From Thermodesulfobacteriota bacterium (lineage in GTDB: Bacteria; Desulfobacterota_D; UBA1144; Nemesobacterales; Nemesobacteraceae), in the NCBI GenBank assembly GCA_965204665.1, contig OZ242002.1, positions 1,433,995 through 1,497,994 of the forward strand: a stretch of 64,000 bases of DNA, written 5' to 3'. Numbering within the stretch: position 1 is the first letter of the stretch; every line of letters begins with the position of its first letter. This document shows, piece after piece, positions 19,032 through 29,365 of this stretch. The notes beneath the pieces were generated by a model that was not told the DNA's origin, ran no database searches, and saw only the letters and a list, made by a program, of their open reading frames with translations. The translations under genes and the position numbers were made by a program.

Positions 19032-20908
19032 CTTCTCAAGTCGAATTGTCAGAAAAACAACGATCCATTGTTTATGCCGGTCCTGGTCCGGTCTGTGTCA
19101 AGGCCAGTGCTGGCAGCGGTAAAACGCGGGTGCTCACTCAACGCATCAGATATCTACTCAAGCAGTCCAACAAGAAAATATTAGCCTTGACCTTTACCAA
19201 CAAAGCCGGTCAGGAGATCAAGGAAAGACTAAGCGATATTTCTGATATTGATAACAGAACTTTTATAGGTACATTCCACAGTTTTTGCCAATCAATCTTG
19301 GAAAGTCACGGGAAATTGATTGGTTACTCCACAATGCCGCACATATTTGAAGATGAGGCAGATAGACTTGAACTTGTTGAAAGCGCAATCAGCCAAGTTC
19401 CGTCCTATGCAAGCGTTTACAGGAAAAAAGAGGGAAAGCGACGGAGAGACTTTTGCTATCGGGCATTACATTTTGTATCCAAAGTAAAACGAGACCTGAT
19501 CAGTGAATCTGATATAGAGAACCACACGAACGATGACAACATCGTTCTGCTATATCGTAACTATCAAGAACTTTTGAAAGTACAGAATGCTATAGATTTC
19601 GATGACCTATTGCTGGAAGCCTACAATTTGTTCGCCAGTTATTCAAGAATTGCTGCTTTATATCGCCGCAGTTTTTTCGCGATTTGTGTAGATGAAGCTC
19701 AAGACCTTAACAAAGCCCAGTATCAGTTTCTGAAAACTTTAACCGGTGACGAATTCAACAACATTCTGATGGTGGGTGACCCCAACCAATCCATTTTTCA
19801 CTTTAACGGCTCCTCACCGGATTATATGAACAAGTTTTTTGTTGAGGATTTTACTTCAAAAACTGTGGAGTTGACTGAAAATTTCCGATCATCTGTCGAA
19901 GTACTGAAGGCTGCGGAAAAGATTATCCCTGAGGCGGAATATATCGAGGGAACCGTAAAGCGGGGAATATTTGAGATGCATGAAAAAGAGAATGAAACGG
20001 CTGAGGCTGAGTGGGTGGCATCAAAAATTCAAGAAATATTAAGTATGAAGAAACATAGTGACATTGAAGGTGATATTTGCCCGGAGAAGATAGCAGTACT
20101 TGCTAGAAACAAGTATTTGTTCAAGTCCCTGGAAAAAGTTCTGAGTCAATGCTGTATTTCTTACTATTACAAAATGACGCCCGGGTCCTTGAAGTTCGAG
20201 TCCTCCGTAATGCAGGTATTCGACCTCGCTTTAAGGATCAAACTGAATTCACAAGATTTGTTGCACAAAAAACAATTATTGAAGATATTAGATCTTGACG
20301 GAAATGAAAATTCATCCCTTGCGGATATTGCAAAAACATCCGTTCGTACTGAATACAAAAAAATAATATCTCTTGTTATGTCTCTGGATGAAAACGGAGA
20401 AAATTTCAAAAGAAACCTTGAAAATTACAGAGATATGGTCTCCATTGACGACGATAATGATAAAAATATGTTGTTCAATGAGATTAACGAGTTGCTCGTC
20501 CATTGGTATAACTATGCCAAGAGCGTAGACAACACCTCGATTCATCAATTCAAGAACTCGATGGCGCTGGGGCAAACTCACCCTGCAATTCAACACTCAG
20601 GAGTTACTTTAAGCACTGTGCATACGATGAAAGGGCAGGAGTTTGATATCGTTTTTATCATAGGAATGGATGATGAAACCTTTCCGGATTATCGTGCTGT
20701 CAAAAGCGGAGGCGTAGATATGTTGCAGGAGAAGAATAACCTTTACGTTGCATTCACAAGGTCCAAGCGGTGGCTTTATATAACATGGCCTGCAAATAGA
20801 AGTATGCCTTGGGGAGATACTAAACGGCGAAAAAAATCTCGCTTCCTAGTTGGCTTTGAGTCCGAAGAAACAACTCCCAGCAGAAATCTCACGGCCGCTT
20901 TTTCCTGA
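19028..20908 (+). CDS. gajB: UvrD/PcrA/Rep-family SF1 helicase (GajB-like)
   Basis: Motif I ASAGSGKTRVL, II VDEAQDL, III GDPNQSIF, V TVHTMKGQEFDIVF, VI YVAFTRSKRWLYI. ATGA overlap with the gajA-like stop. Confidence 0.75.
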   Translation: MTSQVELSEKQRSIVYAGPGPVCVKASAGSGKTRVLTQRIRYLLKQSNKKILALTFTNKAGQEIKERLSDISDIDNRTFIGTFHSFCQSILESHGKLIGYSTMPHIFEDEADRLELVESAISQVPSYASVYRKKEGKRRRDFCYRALHFVSKVKRDLISESDIENHTNDDNIVLLYRNYQELLKVQNAIDFDDLLLEAYNLFASYSRIAALYRRSFFAICVDEAQDLNKAQYQFLKTLTGDEFNNILMVGDPNQSIFHFNGSSPDYMNKFFVEDFTSKTVELTENFRSSVEVLKAAEKIIPEAEYIEGTVKRGIFEMHEKENETAEAEWVASKIQEILSMKKHSDIEGDICPEKIAVLARNKYLFKSLEKVLSQCCISYYYKMTPGSLKFESSVMQVFDLALRIKLNSQDLLHKKQLLKILDLDGNENSSLADIAKTSVRTEYKKIISLVMSLDENGENFKRNLENYRDMVSIDDDNDKNMLFNEINELLVHWYNYAKSVDNTSIHQFKNSMALGQTHPAIQHSGVTLSTVHTMKGQEFDIVFIIGMDDETFPDYRAVKSGGVDMLQEKNNLYVAFTRSKRWLYITWPANRSMPWGDTKRRKKSRFLVGFESEETTPSRNLTAAFS

Positions 20909-20974
20909 TTCCTTCATGCTCATCGATCTTATCAGAACGGAGCAACATCTGTCCCGAGTGTTGCACTTCGAAGT

Positions 20975-21942
20975 TGAATGGGCGAGGTTCTTTTACTCGC
21001 GCTGAGCCGGAAAATCGTAAAAGGCTAGCAGTTGCTCACGACCCTTCTCCCAAACATCCGGCGGCTTTCGGATATTTGTCCCCGTATATCCTTGTGAACA
21101 GATCAAAAACGCTTCCCTCACATCTACCCGTAAACTTCAGGAAGTGCAGACCCCCAGAACTCCGTCACCGATTACAATCTTCGGCTCTTCCATCCCGCGG
21201 GCCCTGAGGTCCGGCAGCACTTCGCGCCGACTCTGCTTTGATTCCCCGACTCCGTTTTCAATGGAAAGGAAGTGCTTCCTGCCCGCTTCGTCCACCCCTA
21301 TCACCACCAGCGTGCACAACCCGGGATCATCTCCCCGCACCTTGCTGTGTATATATAAGCCCGGTCGCGGCCGCTGAGGTCTCTCCTGCGCCGTTTATCG
21401 TATTCCTCAGCCCACCCGCGCTTGAGCCTGGATACCGTAGCCGCGGAAAAACCCCGAGCCTCGGGGCCTATAAGGGCTTCCAATGCGGACTTTATGTTCC
21501 CCGTGGACAGCCCCTGCAGGTAAAGCCGCGGCAGAGACGAATCAATCTTCGCAGCCCTGCGCACGTACGGAGGCACGACAGCCGAACGGAACACGGCAGG
21601 CCGACCGTCCCGGGATCTCACCTTCGGTATGCGTACCGATACGGGACCTATACCCGTCTGCACCTCCCGTTCGGGGTGGTATCCGTTGCGGATCACCGCG
21701 GCTCTGCCGTCTTCAAGTCGTCTGTCGTCCCGGGACCGCAGGTATTCTTCCGACTCCATTCTGATTGCATAACCAAGGAGAAACCGAGCCGACCGGCTCA
21801 GCAGATCACTGAGGTCGTCGCAGACCTGTTCCGGACTGCCGAATCCGGAGTCAGGTCGTCTCTGAAGGGAAGACCCGTCGATTACTGTTCGGGTCTTCTC
21901 CCTGCCGACGAACTTTCTGAAAATGCTTTCCAATGAATCCAA
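20975..21942 (-). mobile_element. IS256-family transposase remnant (multiple frameshifts, truncated)
   Basis: RNGYHPEREVQTGIGPVSVRIPKVR, LYLQGLSTGNI...GFSAATVSRL and VVIGVDEAGRKHFLSIENGVGESKQSRREVLPDLRARGMEEP match IS256/Mutator transposase blocks but lie in at least two frames. Region is ~60% GC or more. No terminal inverted repeats identified. Confidence 0.7.
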
Positions 21943-22222
21943 AAACTTTTTTTGACCTTCACGGTCAGAGACTTTTTTTCAAAAACTGCCGAACACCAGA
22001 TTAGAGCATAACTCTCCTCGTATAACTAACACATGTTACAAGAAAGGCTGTTTATTACTGTTCAATCAACTTAAAACTCATTAATTATTCATTGTTGACT
22101 TTTAATGCTCGTTCATGTTACTTAATTCTGAACAGTTAACATATAAAGTAGATATATTATTTAATGCTGTTTAACTAACGTACCGAGTAAAAAATGTTAG
22201 TTTTTGAAGCTGGAGCATTGCT

Positions 22223-23392
22223 ATGGAAAAAAAAGAACGTATCGGCAGGCATGTAAAAAGTCCGGTTTCGGGAGGAGAATATTACGAGTCTTATATTCCG
22301 AAGCCTCTTCCTCCGAAGCCGCCTCTTTTAATGGATGAACTCTACCCTCTGCTTGAGAAAGCTAACATAGCGTTGGGTCGTCTTGACGGAATACATACGA
22401 TTCTTCCCGACTCTTCACTTCTTCTCTATATGTATGTCAGAAAAGAAGCCGTACTCTCTTCTCAGATTGAAGGAACGCAGTCCAGTTTGTCTCAACTTTT
22501 GCTGTATGAAGTTAAGGATTCTCCGGGGGTGCTCAGGGATAACGATGCTGCTCAGGCATCGCGTTGTGTCTCCGCCATGTATTATGGACTCGAGCGATTG
22601 AAGAATTTTCCGCTCTCCCTGCGTCTTATAAGAGAAATTCATGGTGAACTTATGCGGGGTGTTCGCGGCGGAGATATGTTCGCGGGTGAATTCAGGACAT
22701 CCCAGAACTGGGTGGGAGGTTCCCGGCCTGCAAATGCGCGTTATGTTCCGCCGCCTGCGGAAAACCTCATGGAATGTCTTGATAACTTCGAGAGGTTTCT
22801 GCATGAAGAAACGAGAAAATCGCCTGTTCTCATCAAGGCTGCTCTGGCGCATGCTCAGTTTGAGACGATTCATCCGTTTATCGGCGGAAACGGGCGGGTC
22901 GGACGGCTCCTGATAACTTTCATTCTGTGCGCTGAAGGAATTCTGAAACAGCCTCTTCTGTACCTCAGTCTCTACTTCAAGGTCAACCGTCAGGCTTACT
23001 ATGACTGTCTTCAGGGCGTGAGAGAAACGGGAGATTGGGAAGCATGGGTATCTTTTTTCCTCGAGGGCGTTATCGAGACAGCGGGTCAGGCCGAGGAGGC
23101 GGTAAGAACTATCATTGACCTGTTCGAGAGAGACCGGCGACGAATCGAGGAATCGGGCAAGTCGACTTCCGGTGTCTTGAATGTGTACGACCACCTGAAG
23201 CGGTTTCCCGTCAGCGATACGCATTCCATAAGAAACTCTTTCAAGACCTCCCATACTACGGTGCTTAGAAGTCTCCGTTTTCTGGAGTCTCTTGAAATAG
23301 TCAGGGAGATTACCGGCAGGGACCGCAACAAGCTTTTCGTCTACAGGGAGTATATGAACATTCTTGAGAAGGGGACGGAACCCGTTTTCTGA
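22223..23392 (+). CDS. fic: Fic-family protein (class II, N-terminal inhibitory helix)
   Basis: Fic motif HPFIGGNGRVGR; inhibitory SSQIEGTQSS motif in the Fic_N region; C-terminal wHTH-like tail. 389 aa. Confidence 0.9.
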   Translation: MEKKERIGRHVKSPVSGGEYYESYIPKPLPPKPPLLMDELYPLLEKANIALGRLDGIHTILPDSSLLLYMYVRKEAVLSSQIEGTQSSLSQLLLYEVKDSPGVLRDNDAAQASRCVSAMYYGLERLKNFPLSLRLIREIHGELMRGVRGGDMFAGEFRTSQNWVGGSRPANARYVPPPAENLMECLDNFERFLHEETRKSPVLIKAALAHAQFETIHPFIGGNGRVGRLLITFILCAEGILKQPLLYLSLYFKVNRQAYYDCLQGVRETGDWEAWVSFFLEGVIETAGQAEEAVRTIIDLFERDRRRIEESGKSTSGVLNVYDHLKRFPVSDTHSIRNSFKTSHTTVLRSLRFLESLEIVREITGRDRNKLFVYREYMNILEKGTEPVF

Positions 23393-23419
23393 CCCGCAGA
23401 AGTTCATAATGGAAACAGC

Positions 23420-24139
23420 ATGAATCGAGAGATTGAAAGACTCCGGCTGGGAGTTACTCCTTCTGTGAAGGAATCTTTTCATCTTCAGAGAAAACTTTCA
23501 CGGATGGTTATCAGGATTCCGGGTCCTGCGGATATAGGCACCGTAGCCGGAGCGGATATAGCGATTCGGACAAAAGAAAGAAAACTCATCTGCGGAATCA
23601 TTCTTTTTTCCTACCCCGAGATGAAGGAGATTGAGAGAGTCTGGACTGTTTCGGATGAGGTTTTTCCATATGTCCCGGGTCTTCTGGGTTTCAGAGAAGC
23701 CCCTGCCGTGATAAAAACGTTTAAGAAACTCAAGAACCGTTGCGATATGCTTATGGTGGACGGTCACGGGCTCGCCCACCCCAGAAAGTTCGGGCTCGCG
23801 TGCCATGTCGGCGTCTTACTCGATATTCCGGCAATCGGTGTTGCGAAGAAAAATCTTTACGGAACTTTCGAAGAGGTCGGTCCGGCAAGAGGCGAAAGAA
23901 CACCCGTAATAGGAGAGGGCGGGGATGTATTGGGGGTGGTTCTGAGGACGAGAGATGGGGTGAAGCCGGTTTATATATCGGTCGGCAACAGAACCGATAT
24001 TGATACGGCGGTCGCTGTTGTACTTGAGTGCTTGCGCGGTTTAAGAATTCCGGAACCCACGAGACTCGCGGATAAATACGTTGCTTCACTTAAAAAGGAA
24101 GCGTTTGTTTCTTGGTCCGATGGGATTGAACGCATCTAA
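23420..24139 (+). CDS. nfi: Endonuclease V (deoxyinosine 3' endonuclease)
   Basis: VAGADIA...PYVPGLLGFREAP...VDGHGLAHPRKFGLACHVGV...PAIGVAKK conserved Nfi blocks. 239 aa. Confidence 0.9.
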   Translation: MNREIERLRLGVTPSVKESFHLQRKLSRMVIRIPGPADIGTVAGADIAIRTKERKLICGIILFSYPEMKEIERVWTVSDEVFPYVPGLLGFREAPAVIKTFKKLKNRCDMLMVDGHGLAHPRKFGLACHVGVLLDIPAIGVAKKNLYGTFEEVGPARGERTPVIGEGGDVLGVVLRTRDGVKPVYISVGNRTDIDTAVAVVLECLRGLRIPEPTRLADKYVASLKKEAFVSWSDGIERI

Positions 24140-24161
24140 GTCGTCTGAGACCGTCGTCGGG

Positions 24162-25301
24162 TCAGGGCGATTTACCGGATTTGGAACAGTTCTCCATCAT
24201 CCTTATGAAGTTTTTGAAAAGATAAGAGGAATCGTGCGGCCCGGGCGAGGCTTCCGGGTGGTACTGGACGCAGGCGAGCGGATGATCCCTGTGAGTTAAT
24301 CCCTCGACGGTTTTGTCGTTGAGATTTATGTGCGTGATCTCAATTTTATTTCCAAGGGAATCGGGGTCGACTGCAAAACCGTGGTTCTGGGACGTTATCT
24401 CCACTTTTTCCGTAGAGAGATTCTTTACCGGCTGGTTGCCTCCTCGGTGTCCGAATTTGAGTTTGAAGGTTTTGCCTCCGAGCGCGAGGCCCAGTATCTG
24501 GTGTCCGAGACATATACCGAAAACGGGTTTTTTCCCGATCAGTTTTCTTACGTTTTTCGCGGCGTAATCAACTGCGGCGGGGTCCCCGGGTCCGTTCGAG
24601 AGAAAGATTCCGTCAGGATTGAAGTCAAGTATGTCCTCGGGTTCCGTAGTTGCGGGAAATACAGTGATGTTGCATCCCAGATCCGTGAGTTCGCGGAGAA
24701 TATTTCTCTTTATTCCGAAATCATAAGCGGCTACTCTGAATCTTCGTGCCGGTCCGTCTTCACGACTTCGTCTCCATGTTCCGGTCCCCTCTTTCCATCG
24801 GTAGGAATCGGAGCATGTTACTTCATCGACCAGATTGCGTCCGACCATTGACGGCGAAGAATCAACTTTCCGCGCCAAGGCGTCAATGTCGCTCTCCACG
24901 GTGGAGATAATGCCTCTTACAGCTCCGTGCGTCCGTATGATTCTTGTTATTTCCCTGGTGTCGACTCCCTGTATTCCTGGTATTCCGTATCTCGAGAGAA
25001 ACTCCGAAAGGGTTTCTTCCGATCTCCAGTTGCTCGGGTGATCCCAGTACTCTTTTACGACAAGGCCGCTTAGAAAAGGCCTTTCCGATTCAAAGTCTTC
25101 GGGGTTTATTCCGTAATTGCCTATCTCGGGATAGGTCATCACTATTATCTGGCTTCTGTACGACGGGTCCGTAAGTATTTCCTGATAACCGGTGAGGGAT
25201 GTGTTGAACACCATCTCTCCCGTCGCTTCGCCGCAGGCGCCGAAACTGCTGCCCTCGAACACTTTGCCGCCTTCAAAAACCAAGTACGCCTTGTCGCTCA
25301 T
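24162..25301 (-). CDS. carA: Carbamoyl-phosphate synthase small (glutaminase) subunit
   Basis: Catalytic [10 protein letters not shown] and the HGFAV...H triad region. Start set at [12 protein letters not shown]; the longer ORF extension is unsupported. Confidence 0.9.
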   Translation of the reverse strand: MSDKAYLVFEGGKVFEGSSFGACGEATGEMVFNTSLTGYQEILTDPSYRSQIIVMTYPEIGNYGINPEDFESERPFLSGLVVKEYWDHPSNWRSEETLSEFLSRYGIPGIQGVDTREITRIIRTHGAVRGIISTVESDIDALARKVDSSPSMVGRNLVDEVTCSDSYRWKEGTGTWRRSREDGPARRFRVAAYDFGIKRNILRELTDLGCNITVFPATTEPEDILDFNPDGIFLSNGPGDPAAVDYAAKNVRKLIGKKPVFGICLGHQILGLALGGKTFKLKFGHRGGNQPVKNLSTEKVEITSQNHGFAVDPDSLGNKIEITHINLNDKTVEGLTHRDHPLACVQYHPEASPGPHDSSYLFKNFIRMMENCSKSGKSP

Positions 25302-25450
25302 TTGCCCTGTTAAGGTATACGTCCGCTCTTTAATGTCAACCGCTTGCAGGCAGCCCCGGGATGGTTTCTTTGAATTTCCGAGCGGTTGTAGTATCATTCC
25401 CGCCGATTGTCGGAACTACCTCGATCGGCAGCGATGTGGAGAGTGTCTAT

Positions 25451-27241
25451 ATGAATTGGGACCTGAGTTCATACTTCCCCGAGTTTTCGGGAACTGAATA
25501 CGTGCAGTTCAGGGGAAGTTTAACCCGAGAGATAAAAGACCTTGACGAGAAAGCCTCGGCCGCGGAACCTCTCCGTGACTCCAATATTCAGTTCTGGACG
25601 GATGTTTTTTTAGAGACGGAGAAACTTATAAGCAGATACTCCCATATACGTTCTTACGTGGGGTGTCTTTGCGCCGCGGATTCAAACCGCGAGGACTATC
25701 TTCGCGAGGAAGCGGCTATCTCAGTCTTGGGATCTGATCTGGAGAAACTCGAAGTTCAATTGCGCAGAGCGCTTCGGGACGCAGGCGATGATCTGTTGAA
25801 TAAGTTCGTTTCCACCCCGGAGATGGAATCCGCGGCATATTTCGTGAAGCGGCTTCACAGGAATTCCCGCTTCACCATGTCGTCGGAAAAAGAAATTCTC
25901 GCTTCAGAACTCGGAGTTGACGGGATAAGCGCGTGGGGAAGAATTTACGATACAGTTTCCTCAAAAATGAGTTTTGAGATGACCTACCCCGACGGAACGA
26001 AAAAAAAGGTTCCCATGTCCCAGAGAAGGTCGCTTATGGAGAGCCCCGACAGGGAAGTGAGAAAAGCCGCGTTTTTTGGTGGAAACAAATCATGGGAGGT
26101 TTTCGAGGATGTAGCCGCTGCTGCTATAAACGCCATATCCGGAACGAGACACACGCTTTACAGACACAGAGAGATTTCTCATTTTCTCGATGTTGCTCTT
26201 TTTGACGCGGCGGTCTCCGAGGAAACACTCGAGGCGATGATGGAAGCTATATTGGAGAACACCGACCTTCCGACAAACATATTGAAACTCAAGGCCGAGA
26301 CCATGGGGCTTGAACAGATCGGCTGGTATGATCTGGGCGCGCCCGCGGATATAAAAAACACGGGACGGTTTGACTGGGGTGATGCCAAATCCATGGTTCA
26401 TGATTCTTTTTCCGGGGCGTATCCGCGTCTGGGAGATTTTTTTGACCGCGTATGTAAAGATCAGTGGATAGACTGGGAGATACGTGACGGTAAAAGACCC
26501 GGCGGTTTCTGCACCGGATCTCTTCTGACAGGCGAATCAAGAATATTTATGACATATAATGCGGGGCTCGGCGATATACTGACTCTTGCCCACGAGGCGG
26601 GTCACGCGTTTCATTCCCACGTGATGAGGAACCTTCGTCCCTATGCCCAGTTTTATCCGATGACTCTTGCCGAGACCGCTTCCACTTTCGGTGAAATGCT
26701 CCTTGCCGAGGGGATCCTGCGCAGTCCGTCGGCAAGCACGGAGGACAAGGTGCTTGTAAGAGATGCGGAAGTGAATCACGGGGCGATATACCTGCTTGAT
26801 ATACCCGTGAGATACCGTTTTGAAAAAAAACTTTACGAGCGTCGTCTGGAAGGACAACTCTCCGTCGGTGAACTCAAGGAACTGATGGTCGCTACTCAGA
26901 AGGATGTGTTCGGGGAGGTGTTGGGGGAATGCGACCCGTTTTTCTGGGCATCCAAACTTCATTTCTACATAACGGGGGTGACCTTCTATAATTTCCCCTA
27001 CACTTTCGGTTATCTGCTGAGCAGGTCGCTTTTTGAAAAGTTCCTTCAGCATGGAGAGCGGTTTATCCCGGTTTATGAAGAGTTCCTTGCGCTTACCGGT
27101 TCTGATGACGCGGAAGGCGCGGTAAAGAGGTCGACCGGGGACGACATAACCAAAAAAGATTTCTGGCGGGATGCCGTACTCACCCTCGCAAGGCCTCTTG
27201 AGGAACTCAAGACGCTCTTACCTTCAGCTGCTAGAGACTGA
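25451..27241 (+). CDS. pepF: Oligoendopeptidase F (M3B metallopeptidase)
   Basis: Zn-binding HEAGHAFH plus downstream E; ~597 aa from MNWDLSSYF. Confidence 0.85.
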   Translation: MNWDLSSYFPEFSGTEYVQFRGSLTREIKDLDEKASAAEPLRDSNIQFWTDVFLETEKLISRYSHIRSYVGCLCAADSNREDYLREEAAISVLGSDLEKLEVQLRRALRDAGDDLLNKFVSTPEMESAAYFVKRLHRNSRFTMSSEKEILASELGVDGISAWGRIYDTVSSKMSFEMTYPDGTKKKVPMSQRRSLMESPDREVRKAAFFGGNKSWEVFEDVAAAAINAISGTRHTLYRHREISHFLDVALFDAAVSEETLEAMMEAILENTDLPTNILKLKAETMGLEQIGWYDLGAPADIKNTGRFDWGDAKSMVHDSFSGAYPRLGDFFDRVCKDQWIDWEIRDGKRPGGFCTGSLLTGESRIFMTYNAGLGDILTLAHEAGHAFHSHVMRNLRPYAQFYPMTLAETASTFGEMLLAEGILRSPSASTEDKVLVRDAEVNHGAIYLLDIPVRYRFEKKLYERRLEGQLSVGELKELMVATQKDVFGEVLGECDPFFWASKLHFYITGVTFYNFPYTFGYLLSRSLFEKFLQHGERFIPVYEEFLALTGSDDAEGAVKRSTGDDITKKDFWRDAVLTLARPLEELKTLLPSAARD

Positions 27242-28145
27242 TGACCCTGTTTACCGGAGACATTGATGAAATTACTATGTCGATCACGATTCCCAGCATT
27301 ATAAGCAGCATGTAAAGGATCGAGGCTCCGAACGCTCGTCCGTAACCCTGATTGCGCCTGACGCTCATTATAACCAGATAATTGAAATATATTCCTGCGG
27401 CGGCGGCGAAGACGGCGAAGTATACGGAACTTGTGCCGGTGAGCCAGAATACTGAGGTAAGCGGCACAAGAGATAGAGAATATATAAGTATCAGCATATT
27501 CGTGTACTTGGTTCCCATCACGACGGGAAGCACTTTTATACCGGCGTTCTCGTAATCTTTTCTGTATTTCTGCGCAAGTACCCAGAAGTGAGGAGGCTGC
27601 CAGAGCATCATGAATACGAACAGCGCTATAATGTCGAGTCTCAGCACGGGAGTTATAGCCGTATAACCGATAAGCACCGGAAGCGCGCCGGGCACCCCTC
27701 CGAGTATGGTGCCGAAAGGAGATGTTCTTTTCAGAAAGAGCGTGTAGATGAGCGTATAACTGAGAATCGCGAGAACAATAAGAGATGTATTCACGTAATT
27801 AAAACAGAGAACGGAGATCATAAGAGCTGCGACCATCATGATGACGGACAGCCCCCATGCGTTTCTATCACCTAAAATCTGCAAAGCCTCGACTCTTTTT
27901 TCCAGACGTGACATTTTTTTGTCGATTTTCTTGTCGAGCAGGTTGTTGAGAATCGCGGACCCTCCGGCGCTCAAAAGAAGCGCGGTTATGCATAGAATGA
28001 CCGTATCCGCAGGAGGAGCGGCGCGGTTCGCCATCAGCATTCCCGCGACACCGGTAAACGCCACGCTCGTGATTATCCCGGGTTTTGATAGAACAACGGC
28101 GGAAACCGCCATCTGCCCGACGGATTTCTTTTCCTCTTCATTCAT
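27231..28145 (-). CDS. ctaB: Protoheme IX farnesyltransferase (heme O synthase)
   Basis: Polytopic UbiA-family membrane protein with GYTAITPVLRLD...WQPPHFW motifs. Sits in the cta cluster. Confidence 0.9.
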   Translation of the reverse strand: MNEEEKKSVGQMAVSAVVLSKPGIITSVAFTGVAGMLMANRAAPPADTVILCITALLLSAGGSAILNNLLDKKIDKKMSRLEKRVEALQILGDRNAWGLSVIMMVAALMISVLCFNYVNTSLIVLAILSYTLIYTLFLKRTSPFGTILGGVPGALPVLIGYTAITPVLRLDIIALFVFMMLWQPPHFWVLAQKYRKDYENAGIKVLPVVMGTKYTNMLILIYSLSLVPLTSVFWLTGTSSVYFAVFAAAAGIYFNYLVIMSVRRNQGYGRAFGASILYMLLIMLGIVIDIVISSMSPVNRVISL

Positions 28146-29017
28146 GACTCAAAAATTTCCGTGCGTCCGTCTTCCTCTCTTATGTAATCAAACCACGTGA
28201 GAAGAGAGAGGGAAAGTATGATAAGTCCGACCGAGAGATGAACCGCGGTTATGTAGAATGTAAGTTTTGAAGTTACAACCAGAATTCCCAGACCTATCTG
28301 CAGAAAAAGCAGCGCTACTATCCACGACATGTTTTTTTCAGCTCTGAGCAGAGAGGTCGACCTTCTGCAGAAAAGCAGCACTCCCGCAAATCCGAGCGTA
28401 AGCAGATAGGCGACCGTCCTGTGGGAGAAGTGAGCCAGCACCTTTCCGGAAAGTTCGGGAGGAATCCAGTAGCCGAGGCATTTGGGAAAATCGGGACATG
28501 CGAGACCGGCTTCAAGGTGCCTCACATAAGCTCCCAGGGAAGCCTGCAGAACCACCAGAAGCGACAGAAAGAAAAAGAGCCCCGCTTCTCCTGAGAATCT
28601 GAAATCCGGCTTTCTTTTCTCTCCGTCAAAATAAACCATGTAAAGGACGATACAGTAGATGATTATCGCATTTGTGAAATGAACGGTGGTAAGGTCCACG
28701 GGAAGTCCCGTAAGAACCACTATCCCTCCGAGTACTATCTGCAGAGCAAGGAGAACCGCTGCGGATACGGGAAGTAATCTGTAGTATCCGCGGTAGACCC
28801 GCAATCTTCTGTAGCAGAGAATAAAAAGAAAGATGGAGGTTATGCCGCCCACCACGCGGTGTGAGAACTCGACGTAAATGTCCCAGCGGAACGGTGGAAC
28901 TATCTGTCCGTGACACAGAGGCCAATCAGGGCAGGCGAGCCCGGCTTTGAGTCCGGATACCACATTTCCCCATATAAGCAGTATGAACAGAAGTCCTATG
29001 GCTGTTCTTGCGAGCAT
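28142..29017 (-). CDS. ctaA: Heme A synthase (COX15/CtaA)
   Basis: LACPDWPLCHG and a second ACPDFPKC pair with His-rich TM helices. 4-nt overlap with ctaB. Confidence 0.85.
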   Translation of the reverse strand: MLARTAIGLLFILLIWGNVVSGLKAGLACPDWPLCHGQIVPPFRWDIYVEFSHRVVGGITSIFLFILCYRRLRVYRGYYRLLPVSAAVLLALQIVLGGIVVLTGLPVDLTTVHFTNAIIIYCIVLYMVYFDGEKRKPDFRFSGEAGLFFFLSLLVVLQASLGAYVRHLEAGLACPDFPKCLGYWIPPELSGKVLAHFSHRTVAYLLTLGFAGVLLFCRRSTSLLRAEKNMSWIVALLFLQIGLGILVVTSKLTFYITAVHLSVGLIILSLSLLTWFDYIREEDGRTEIFES

Positions 29018-29044
29018 CGCTGTTTCTGTGCAGCTATAAATTCT

Positions 29045-29353
29045 CTATCTTACAACCGGCACTCTCGTGAACACCTCAAGCAGAGTGGAGCCGATAAGAA
29101 GAAACAGTAGAAACAGAGGGTAAAGCGCGTATATCCAGGTCAGTTTGTCCTCAAACTTGAGGTGCATGAAGTAATAGGCTACGATCGACGCCTTTATTGA
29201 AGCTAATACCATGGCGACTACTATGTTGAAGTCGCCGAAATCAAATCCCGCGGAGTAGACGGTAATTCCTGTAAGCGCAAACAGCGCAAGACACACAAGC
29301 GCATACGTCTTGAATCCGGAGTGATGTTCTTCGGTGTGATTTTCCGTGCTCAT
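29045..29353 (-). CDS. Cytochrome c oxidase subunit IV (caa3-type, CtaF-like)
   Basis: 102 aa, three predicted TM helices. Position between ctaE and ctaA. Confidence 0.55.
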   Translation of the reverse strand: MSTENHTEEHHSGFKTYALVCLALFALTGITVYSAGFDFGDFNIVVAMVLASIKASIVAYYFMHLKFEDKLTWIYALYPLFLLFLLIGSTLLEVFTRVPVVR

Positions 29354-29365
29354 TTTCTTCTCCAG

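Noticed and set aside
21238-21936. 232-aa plus-strand ORF
   Set aside because: Antisense shadow of the GC-rich IS256 remnant. Pro/Arg-rich with no domain.
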